The translations under genes were made by a program, and so were the position numbers. From a virus (lineage: Duplodnaviria; Caudoviricetes), in IMG/VR virus record IMGVR_UViG_3300034523_000134, positions 1 through 34,086 of that record: a stretch of DNA of 34,086 nucleotides. The stretch is one strand, 5' to 3'. Under the pieces are notes generated by a model, which worked only from the letters and a program-made list of their open reading frames with translations, had not been told where the DNA came from and ran no database searches. Within the stretch, counting starts at the first letter, position 1, and each line of letters opens with the position of its first letter. This document shows positions 16,741 to 24,523 of the stretch, piece after piece.

Positions 16741-18003
16741 ATGGCGGTCTCACACGGCTCTCTGCCATTCAAAGAACAGATCGACTATTTCCGTGGCAAG
16801 GTCGACCTACCAACCCGCGCATGGACCGATGCTTACGCTGCTGAACACGACTTTGCGTTCGTCGTGGCGGGTGCTGCGAAGCGAGATCTGCTGGCCGATC
16901 TGCGGGGTGCCGTAGAGAAGTCCATCGCCAGCGGCATCACCCTGGAGCAGTTCCGCAAAGACTTTGACCAGGTCGTAGGCAAACATGGCTGGCAGTACCA
17001 GGGCGAGCGCGGTTGGCGCACCAATGTCATCTGGGAAACCAACCTACGCCAGTCGTACAACGCTGGCCGCGAAGCCCAGATGGCCGACCCGGAGTTGCGC
17101 AAACGCCGTCCCTATGCGGTCTATCGTCATGGCGACAGCGCGCACCCACGGCCAATGCACCTTTCCTGGAACGGCATCACGTTACCGCTTGATGACCCCT
17201 GGTGGGCAACTCATACACCGCAAAATGGTTGGGGCTGTAAGTGCAAAAAGTTCATGCTCTCGGCTAGGGACGTTGAGCGCCAAGGGCTGACGATTGGTCC
17301 TGCACCGGCCACTGAGTGGGAAGATCGGGTCATCGGCAAGAACAGCCCTGATGGTCCACGCACCGTGCGAGTGCCCAAGGGGATTGATCCAGGCTTTGAA
17401 TATGCACCTGGCCAATCACGCTTGGCCAACTCCGTGCCCCAGCTGCGCACCCGTGATCTGATTCCAGCACCATCAGCAGCTCCGGCACCGACAACCGGCT
17501 TGCCCAACCAGCAGCCAAGCGGGCCTTTGCCGCAGCCTCGACCGGTCCCGGCAAAGCGTCTGCTCCCCGCCAAGGTATCTACCCCTCAAGCGGTGACTCA
17601 GTTCCTTGGCGAGTTCGGCGCCACTGACGCCGTACCGGCAGTGTTCCGTGACGTGACCGGTGAGGCCCTGGTCATCGGGCGGGAGATGTTCAGCGATGCC
17701 AAAACCGGCGTAATAGCGTTGGCCCAACACGTCAAGGCTCGTGAGCTGCCGTTGTTGGCTGAGGCCATTAAGGCACCTGATGAGATCTGGGCACGCTTGG
17801 AGTGGCAGCCTGACCAAGGCAAAGCAGTGTTGCGCCGTCGTTACCTGGCGCACGTCCAGGTCAAGGGGAAGGCTGATCCAGCTTTTGCCATATTCGACCA
17901 AGGCGCAGATGGCTGGACCGGCGTTACAGGGTTTGTGGATGACAGTGATCAGTACCTGGAGGCATTGCGCCTGGGCGTCCTACTTTACCGACGTACTGAC
18001 TAG
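16741..18003 (+). CDS. MuF (gp30) head morphogenesis protein with C-terminal PBECR2-like extension
   Basis: ETNLRQSYNAGR and HPRPMH..W..P.NGWGCKC MuF motifs; Pro-rich linker; C-terminal LLAEAIKAPDEIW..RRRYL. Confidence 0.85.
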   Translation: MAVSHGSLPFKEQIDYFRGKVDLPTRAWTDAYAAEHDFAFVVAGAAKRDLLADLRGAVEKSIASGITLEQFRKDFDQVVGKHGWQYQGERGWRTNVIWETNLRQSYNAGREAQMADPELRKRRPYAVYRHGDSAHPRPMHLSWNGITLPLDDPWWATHTPQNGWGCKCKKFMLSARDVERQGLTIGPAPATEWEDRVIGKNSPDGPRTVRVPKGIDPGFEYAPGQSRLANSVPQLRTRDLIPAPSAAPAPTTGLPNQQPSGPLPQPRPVPAKRLLPAKVSTPQAVTQFLGEFGATDAVPAVFRDVTGEALVIGREMFSDAKTGVIALAQHVKARELPLLAEAIKAPDEIWARLEWQPDQGKAVLRRRYLAHVQVKGKADPAFAIFDQGADGWTGVTGFVDDSDQYLEALRLGVLLYRRTD

Positions 18004-18012
18004 AGGGCAGAC

Positions 18013-18576
18013 ATGGCTGGTTCAATGCTTGAGGTATCCGTCGATACAAGCCCAGTAGGCAAAGCTCTGGACGATCTGGTCGAGCGACTGGGCGACCTGA
18101 CAACGCCGCTCAATGACATCGCGGAATACCTGCACCAATCGACGGATGACCGCTTTCGTCAGCAGGTCGCTCCAGACGGTTCGCCCTGGGCGCCACTTGC
18201 CCCCTCGACCCTGGCGCGTAAGAAAGGAGGTCGCATCTTGCGCGACAAGGGCACGCTCCAGGATACATTGCGTCACAACGTCAGTCGCAATGAACTGTCG
18301 TTCGGTACAGACCGCGTGTACGGCGCCATCCACCAGTTCGGCGGCAAGGTCCAGCATGCGGCCAGGTCACAGCAGGTCTACTTCCGTCAGGGTAAAGATG
18401 GATCGGTGGGAAACCGCTTTGTGAAGAAGAGCAAGTCCAACTTTGCGCAGTGGATTACCCGTGGTGCGCATGACTCCGAGATCAAGGCGAGACCCTATTT
18501 GGGCCTGTCATCAGAAGACGATATTGAAATTCTCGCGATCATCCAGGACTACCTTCTGGAGCCGTTAACAGAGTAA
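18013..18576 (+). CDS. Virion morphogenesis protein (Mu gpG/gp31)
   Basis: PDGSPWAPL..IL...G.L, YGAIHQFGG and ARPYLGLS. Confidence 0.9.
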   Translation: MAGSMLEVSVDTSPVGKALDDLVERLGDLTTPLNDIAEYLHQSTDDRFRQQVAPDGSPWAPLAPSTLARKKGGRILRDKGTLQDTLRHNVSRNELSFGTDRVYGAIHQFGGKVQHAARSQQVYFRQGKDGSVGNRFVKKSKSNFAQWITRGAHDSEIKARPYLGLSSEDDIEILAIIQDYLLEPLTE

Positions 18577-18770
18577 CTGCGCAGAATCCCGCAGGCGCGC
18601 TGATTGTCTCCTTCGGGTACATCCGCCGCTCATGGAGTGGTTGGGGAGCGTTAGACCTGCGTTAGATTCAGTTCTAGCGGTATTTATTACGTCTGCGCGA
18701 GACTGCTGCCCCATTCTCTACGTATAGAATGGGTTGACGTTGCACCCCCTCACGCCCCTCCCCAAGACGC

Positions 18771-18795
18771 AAATTCTTAAACCCCGCTGATACTC
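18771..18795 (+). promoter_or_regulatory. Late-promoter box 2 (before protease I)
   Basis: AAATTCTTAAACCCCGCTGATACTC; analogous to the Mu PI position. Confidence 0.8.
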
Positions 18796-18827
18796 ACCAA
18801 CTCCGCCTGGCCGCACAGACTGGCGGC

Positions 18828-19802
18828 ATGAAAACTCAACTCGCCGCTAACTCAGAAATCTACAGCTCCGTCGTGCTTTCCGATGGGAAGGCTCCCGACT
18901 GGGTTGAACTTATCCCCGCAGGTCCGACCGTCACCGGCCGCGATGGCCGTGCCTGGCTGTTTGATGACATGGCCACCGAACTGGTGCAGTCCAATTTCAT
19001 CGGCCGAGCTATCGATCTGGTGATCGACCGGGAGCACGCCACACAGCTGCGAGCATCCGTTGGCCAGGAAGCCCCGGCCGGTGCTTGGGTCAAGCAATTT
19101 GAAGTCCGCAATGGCGCCCTGTGGGGCCGAGTTGAATGGACGCCTCGCGGTGCTGCTCAGGTCGAGGCCCGAGAGTATCGCTTCCTGTCCCCGGTGTTCG
19201 ACTACGACCTCGACAACAGACGCATCGTGCGCATGGTCAGCGCAGCGCTCACCAACATCCCCAACTTCATCATGACCGCCCTCAATCAAGAAGCCCCGGA
19301 GATCACACCAGTGAAACTTTCAGCTGCGTTTTTGGCACTGCTCGGCCTGCCCGACACCGCCACCGAAGAACAGGCCATGTCGGCCGCAAGCCAACTCAAA
19401 ACTACCGCCCAGGCTGCCAACGCCGAACAACCTAATTTGGCGCAGTTCGTTCCGCGTGCGGACTACGACGCCCTGGTCGGTCGTGCCACCAATGCCGAAC
19501 AGGCGCTGGCCAGCCAGAAGAAAGCCGTACACGACAAGGAAGTCGAGGCGGTCATCACCTCGGCTACCCAAGCCGGAAAGATCACCCCGTCCACGGTCGA
19601 ATATCACCGCGCCATGTGCCACGACGAAGCGGGCCTGGCGCGCTTCAAGGAATTTGTGACAGCGGCCCCTGTCGTGGCTGCGGCCTCTGACCTGAGCAAC
19701 AAGAACCCGGCGAATACCGGCACAGCCCTCAATGCCGAGGAACAAAAGGTCGCATCGTTGCTGGGTATGAGCGAAGCGGAATTCATTAAGGGCAAGGCGT
19801 AA
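18828..19802 (+). CDS. Prohead protease I / scaffold (Mu gp32)
   Basis: IDREH, APAGAW, VEWT, EYRFLSPVF and ALTNIP. Confidence 0.92.
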   Translation: MKTQLAANSEIYSSVVLSDGKAPDWVELIPAGPTVTGRDGRAWLFDDMATELVQSNFIGRAIDLVIDREHATQLRASVGQEAPAGAWVKQFEVRNGALWGRVEWTPRGAAQVEAREYRFLSPVFDYDLDNRRIVRMVSAALTNIPNFIMTALNQEAPEITPVKLSAAFLALLGLPDTATEEQAMSAASQLKTTAQAANAEQPNLAQFVPRADYDALVGRATNAEQALASQKKAVHDKEVEAVITSATQAGKITPSTVEYHRAMCHDEAGLARFKEFVTAAPVVAAASDLSNKNPANTGTALNAEEQKVASLLGMSEAEFIKGKA

Positions 19803-19830
19803 CTCCCCCTCTATATAAAGGAAGAGATTC

Positions 19831-20724
19831 ATGATCATTAACGCCAGTGTCTTGAACGCGCTGTTTGTTGCGTACAAGGCTGAGTTCCAAAACGCCCAGG
19901 CCGCGACGCCGACCGACTGGAAGCGTATCGCCACGCCGGTCCCGTCCTCATCTGCCAGCAATACTTATGGCTGGCTCGGTCAGTTCCCTACGTTCCGTGA
20001 GTGGATCGGCGACCGTGTTCTCAAGAACATGGCAGCGCATGGCTACTCCATCACCAACAAGAAATTTGAGTCCTCGGTGGGTGTCCCGCGTGATGCCATC
20101 GAAGACGACGAGATCGGCGTCTACAAGCCGCTGTTTGCCGAAATGGGCCGTGCGTCCAGCGCACACCCTGACGAGCTGGTATTCGCGCTGCTGAAAGCTG
20201 GCTTGACCACCACCTGTTACGACGGCCAGTACTTCTTCGACACCGATCATCCAGTGTACCCATCCACTGACGCGACCGGCGACGCTGTGTCCGTCAGCAA
20301 CTACCAGGACGGAACAGGTCCGGCCTGGTATCTGCTCGATGTCAGCCGTGCACTCAAGCCCATCATCTTTCAGAACCGTCGCAATTACGATCTGAAGGCC
20401 ATGACTGCCATGGACGATGAAAGTGTCTTCATGCGCGACGAATACCGCTATGGCGTGGATGCGCGTGTGAACGTCGGCTTCGGCTTCTGGCAGTTTGCTT
20501 ACTGCTCCAAAGCCCCGCTGACGGCTGAAAACTACGGCTTGGCCCGTGCTGCCATGAAGAACTTCAAGGCCGATGGTGGTCGCCCTCTGGGTATTAACCC
20601 CGGCCTTTTGGTCGTTCCATCGCAACTGGAAGGCGCTGCTCGCAAAATCCTGGTCAAGGATGCGGACAACGGCAATGAATGGGCTGGCACCGCCGAAGTA
20701 CTTGCACCGGCCTGGCTGGGTTAA
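19831..20724 (+). CDS. Major capsid protein (Mu gpT)
   Basis: YGWLGQFP..REWIGDR, CYDGQYFFDTDHP and YGVDARVNVGFGFWQ. Confidence 0.95.
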   Translation: MIINASVLNALFVAYKAEFQNAQAATPTDWKRIATPVPSSSASNTYGWLGQFPTFREWIGDRVLKNMAAHGYSITNKKFESSVGVPRDAIEDDEIGVYKPLFAEMGRASSAHPDELVFALLKAGLTTTCYDGQYFFDTDHPVYPSTDATGDAVSVSNYQDGTGPAWYLLDVSRALKPIIFQNRRNYDLKAMTAMDDESVFMRDEYRYGVDARVNVGFGFWQFAYCSKAPLTAENYGLARAAMKNFKADGGRPLGINPGLLVVPSQLEGAARKILVKDADNGNEWAGTAEVLAPAWLG

Positions 20725-20733
20725 GGGGGCGTC

Positions 20734-21228
20734 ATGACCATCGTGATCACCTCGAAACATGACGGTTTCCGCCGTTGTGGCATCGCCCACTCCAGCACGG
20801 CAGCGCGTTACCCGGATGACTTCTTTTCGGAAGCGCAGTTGCGGGCTCTGTCAAAAGAGCCTCAGTTGATCCTCGCTTATGAGGAGGATGAATTCGACCA
20901 GGTACAGGACCGCCGCGATGAAAGCTTCCAGGAAGTCGATGTATCGAAAGCGTCCAGCGCCGCACAAAACGATCAGTCGCAGACGCTTGAAGCAAGCGCT
21001 ACAGCGTTGGGTGATGGAGTGGTTTTGCCCGTAGCCCTGGTAGCGGGCAACCTTGATTCCCTTTGGGACGATGCCCTCCTGGAAGACGAACAACGGGAAG
21101 CGGCCAAGCTGAATGCAGAAACCGAAACGCTTTGGGATGAGGCGATTGCGGAGGATGTACTGCGGGAGGCGGCCAAAGTAAAGGCGGCCAAGGCACCAGC
21201 AAAGCCGAAAAAGGCAGCGGATAAATGA
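20734..21228 (+). CDS. HI1506/FluMu gp35-like protein
   Basis: N-terminal DGFRRCGIAHS...L..EPQL; acidic low-complexity tail. Confidence 0.75.
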   Translation: MTIVITSKHDGFRRCGIAHSSTAARYPDDFFSEAQLRALSKEPQLILAYEEDEFDQVQDRRDESFQEVDVSKASSAAQNDQSQTLEASATALGDGVVLPVALVAGNLDSLWDDALLEDEQREAAKLNAETETLWDEAIAEDVLREAAKVKAAKAPAKPKKAADK

Positions 21229-21716
21229 ACCTCTCGCTGCCGTCCGCCAGTCAGCTCCTGGTCCGCTTTGGCCCTCGTGATATCACCGAGGTAGCAGTCG
21301 CGGATACCGACCGGGTCATCGAGCCCGAGCTGCTGGTAGCCGCTGCCGCAGGCAAGCCATTGGATGACTGGTCTGCGGAAGATGTGGCCATCGCCGTCAT
21401 GGCGTTGGCCAGGATCGCTGACGCGGTCACTCGGTCGCGTAGTGAGGTTTCGTTTTACCTGCGGTTCCGTGCGGCTGGCGAAGATGCTCCCGAATGGGTC
21501 ACGGATGACCTGGCCGAGATCGCCCGCTACCACCTGTACGACGATGCCGGAAAGGAAGAGTCGACTGTTCGGGTGCTCTACAAGGACGTGATAAAGCGCC
21601 TTGAAACTCTGGCCAAGGAAGACAAGGAACGTGGAGCCGCCGAGGCAGGCCTGTCGGGCATGCAGCTCACCAGTCAGCCACGACTCATGTCTCGCACCAC
21701 CTTGAGATCGCTCTGA
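21225..21716 (+). CDS. Head-tail adaptor (Mu gp36, DUF1320-like)
   Basis: IARYHLY..YKDVIKRLE; synteny. Confidence 0.8.
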   Translation: MNLSLPSASQLLVRFGPRDITEVAVADTDRVIEPELLVAAAAGKPLDDWSAEDVAIAVMALARIADAVTRSRSEVSFYLRFRAAGEDAPEWVTDDLAEIARYHLYDDAGKEESTVRVLYKDVIKRLETLAKEDKERGAAEAGLSGMQLTSQPRLMSRTTLRSL

Positions 21717-22282
21717 TGTTGGGCGAGCTGGAAGACCTGATTGAGGCGCGCCTGAAGGAACTGACGGCCAAGATCCCGCGCCTGGCCGTGGAAAGCTACG
21801 GCGGTGAATTGAGCGACCCGGACCTGTTGTCTGGGTTACTCAAACGTTGCCCGGCTGTACTGGTCATGGTGCCCAAGGTGACGTTTCAACGGCGTAGTCA
21901 AAATCGCTACACGGTGCCGATTACTTTTCGCCTGGTCATTGCCACACGTCACCCCCGTGGCGAGCGGGAAACCCGGCGCGGTAGCGGCCCGAAGGACGTG
22001 GGTAGCTACGACCTGTGGGAAGCCTGCATGCATCAACTGGTGGAATGGCAGCCCTGGGTAAATCGTGCGGCTATCCGTCCGACAGAGCTTTCCAACCTGG
22101 TCAACGGCAAGTTGGCCAGCGACCACCTCTCAGTCCTGGGGCAGTCGTTCGTCATCGAACTGGATTGGGAGAAACCGAAAGAAGCTCTGCCTGACTTCCT
22201 GGGCGTTAGCTTGGAATACCACACCCCATCGGAGTACCCCGAGCCGGTGGCCACCGACATCATCGAACTGAGGGACGTGTAA
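21716..22282 (+). CDS. Mu gp37-like (DUF1834) neck/tail-completion protein
   Basis: VESYGGEL..PAVLV; synteny. Confidence 0.75.
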   Translation: MLGELEDLIEARLKELTAKIPRLAVESYGGELSDPDLLSGLLKRCPAVLVMVPKVTFQRRSQNRYTVPITFRLVIATRHPRGERETRRGSGPKDVGSYDLWEACMHQLVEWQPWVNRAAIRPTELSNLVNGKLASDHLSVLGQSFVIELDWEKPKEALPDFLGVSLEYHTPSEYPEPVATDIIELRDV

Positions 22283-22473
22283 TGCACGTTATCGCCGCAC
22301 CTGGTCATCGGGTGCCCATGGATGAAGATCCGTACAAGTACATCGAAGAGACTGAGTCCGTCGACGTGCCAGATACCTCCTACTACCGACGCCGCTTGGC
22401 GGCTGGTGAACTGCGCGCCGCGAAGAAACCACGCGGCAGTGCCAAACAACTCGCACAGGAATCCGCTGAATGA
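22282..22473 (+). CDS. Mu gp38-like (DUF2635) small protein
   Basis: V..P...YYRRRLAAGEL. Confidence 0.8.
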   Translation: MHVIAAPGHRVPMDEDPYKYIEETESVDVPDTSYYRRRLAAGELRAAKKPRGSAKQLAQESAE

Positions 22474-23570
22474 GCATTTCCTTTGACACCATCCCGGCGT
22501 CTATTCGCAAGCCGGGCATTTATATTGAGTTCAATACCAGCCTGGCGGTACGGACGCTGCCCACCAACAAGCAGAGCGTCTGCCTGATCGTGCCCCTGGG
22601 CGTCGATGCTACTGTTGCTGCCAACGTGCCTACGCCGTTCTACAGTGCAGCCGAGGCCAAGGCTTTGTTCGGCGGCACAGTGGCCGGGGAAATGGCGGAT
22701 GCATTTATCACCGCCAATCGGTACGCCTCCCTCTCGGCCGTTGGCGTGGTGGTCACGGGCGAAACAGAGCCCGCCATCAAGGCTGCTTTGGACTCGACCG
22801 CGATGGGTGGTTTTACAATTCTGGTGCCTGCCTGGTTTAGCCAGGTCGCACTCACTGCACTTCGCACACACATCCAGACCTACACCAGTTCGATGGAGCA
22901 ACAGGGCATTATCGGTGTGGCGGCGCTGACCAGCACCTTGTCCGCCGCGACCACCTTGGCCACGTCGCTGAACTCCGGCGCAATCACCTTGGCGGTCCTA
23001 CCGGGTACTACATCGACTGCGCGCCAGGTAGCCGCCGCGTATGCCGCGATGATCGCCTCGGAGGAAGATCCAGCGCGGCCGCTGAACACCCTTGTACTGA
23101 CGGGTATCAAGGTTCCGCCTGTCACTCAGCGTCTCGGTCGCACAGAGCAGGAAACGGCCCTGGCCAATGGGGTCACGCCGCTTGAAGTTGCGGCCGGTGA
23201 TGTCATTCAGATCGTCCGTGCAGTGACCACTTACACCAAGTCCGCTGCCGGTGCCACGGACGTGTCGTTGCTGGATCTGACCACAATACGCACTCTGTAT
23301 TACGTGCGCGTGGCCATTCGCGACCGCATCCGCCTGCGCTTCCCGCGCTCGAAACTCTCCAGCAAGACACCTGCGGCTGTTCGTGGCGAGATTTTGGACG
23401 TACTCAAGAAGCTGGAAGAGCTGGAAATCGTCGAAGAGGTCGATGCCAACGCGGATGGCCTGGTGGTTGAGCGTTCACTCCAGGACGTAAACCGCCTCGA
23501 CTGCACCATCCCTGTCGATGTGGTCAACGGACTGCACGTATTTGCTGGTCGTATTGACCTGCTCCTGTAA
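22470..23570 (+). CDS. Tail sheath protein (Mu gpL-like), compact
   Basis: ISFDTIPASIRKPGIYIEFN, DPARPLNTL, NGVTPL and DVVNGLHVFA. Confidence 0.92.
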   Translation: MSISFDTIPASIRKPGIYIEFNTSLAVRTLPTNKQSVCLIVPLGVDATVAANVPTPFYSAAEAKALFGGTVAGEMADAFITANRYASLSAVGVVVTGETEPAIKAALDSTAMGGFTILVPAWFSQVALTALRTHIQTYTSSMEQQGIIGVAALTSTLSAATTLATSLNSGAITLAVLPGTTSTARQVAAAYAAMIASEEDPARPLNTLVLTGIKVPPVTQRLGRTEQETALANGVTPLEVAAGDVIQIVRAVTTYTKSAAGATDVSLLDLTTIRTLYYVRVAIRDRIRLRFPRSKLSSKTPAAVRGEILDVLKKLEELEIVEEVDANADGLVVERSLQDVNRLDCTIPVDVVNGLHVFAGRIDLLL

Positions 23571-23583
23571 GAGGTGATTTTAG

Positions 23584-23955
23584 ATGGCTGATAACTATGT
23601 AGGGCAGATCGTTATGGAGATCAACGGCACCGATTATGAGGTGACGAGCGTTGAGCCGAGCCTTAAGACCGGGCGTAAGGTCGTCAAGACGATGAACCGC
23701 ACAGGCCGTCCCGCCGGCACCGCAAAGGGTATCGAAGAGCACGAGCTGAAAATCTCGGTGGTCATTCCTAAAAGCGGCGAGCCGGAATGGCGCGCTCTGA
23801 TGGATGCAAAGCTGACGATCTATGCCCAGGACGGTGGTGGTCAGCGTGAGACCTGGACAGGTTGTTCTCTGATCGAGCTGGGCAGTAAGTACCAGCTTGA
23901 AGGTGAAGCCACCCGCGATCTGACCATCGCCGCCCTCAACTACTACACGGAGTGA
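23584..23955 (+). CDS. Tail tube protein
   Basis: 123 aa beta-rich protein directly after the sheath; SD GAGGTG. Confidence 0.8.
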   Translation: MADNYVGQIVMEINGTDYEVTSVEPSLKTGRKVVKTMNRTGRPAGTAKGIEEHELKISVVIPKSGEPEWRALMDAKLTIYAQDGGGQRETWTGCSLIELGSKYQLEGEATRDLTIAALNYYTE

Positions 23956-23959
23956 TGCA

Positions 23960-24346
23960 ATGACCGAGCAATCAAGCAAGCGCTGGGAAGGACTGAGCAT
24001 CACCCGCGAACTCAAAATGGGTGTCTATTACTCCGGCCTGCGACACAAGACCTTCACTTTGCGCGTTCCTGTTGCGGGCGACCTGGTCGCCGCGCAGGAG
24101 CTGCACCCAGGCGCGCCATTTCAACTGGTCACCCTGGAGGTGTATCGCCGTCAGTTGTTGTCCCTGGGCGAGATTCCCGCCGACGCGTTGACCACTGAAT
24201 TGCTCCTGGGCGAACTCACCGAGAGCGACCTGGCCATCATTGCTGATGCCGATGCCGAGCTGGAAAAAAAGCTCGCGCCGCCGAGCGCGGCAACGCCGAC
24301 TGGCGACGAATCGAACACGCCTTCGTCCGCCACGGCTACCGGCTAG
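23960..24346 (+). CDS. Tail assembly chaperone (G-like)
   Basis: Between tube and tape measure; contains A AAA AAG slippery site at 24265-24271. Confidence 0.8.
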   Translation: MTEQSSKRWEGLSITRELKMGVYYSGLRHKTFTLRVPVAGDLVAAQELHPGAPFQLVTLEVYRRQLLSLGEIPADALTTELLLGELTESDLAIIADADAELEKKLAPPSAATPTGDESNTPSSATATG

Positions 24347-24468
24347 AAGAGCTTCGCCAGATGACCAGGGCCGAGATCGATGCGCGTATTGATCTGATCA
24401 TCGGCAAGGTTAAAGGCACCCGCTATGTCAGTCAGCGCCAACGCAAGGCGTTGCCTAAACCTAAATGA
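24265..24468 (+). CDS. -1 frameshift extension of tail chaperone (GT-like product)
   Basis: -1 frame open from 24271 (ARAAERGNADWRRIEHAFVRHGYRLEELRQMTRAEIDARID...) to TGA at 24466-24468. Confidence 0.8.
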   Translation, partial: KKARAAERGNADWRRIEHAFVRHGYRLEELRQMTRAEIDARIDLIIGKVKGTRYVSQRQRKALPKPK

Positions 24469-24523
24469 GAGGCTCGACACCGGGCCTTTCCTGTCCCTGT
24501 AAGTCCGTGTCCGGGAGTTATCC

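Noticed and set aside
18577-18827. Anti-CRISPR locus at the G-I position, as in D3112-like phages
   Set aside because: No credible ORF or aca-like HTH gene in this 251-bp gap.
19948-20790. Long antisense ORFs (also 2383-3099, 4747-5439, 10336-11097, 19320-19961, 28367-28999)
   Set aside because: Shadow frames of well-supported plus-strand genes in GC-rich DNA, with no recognisable motifs.
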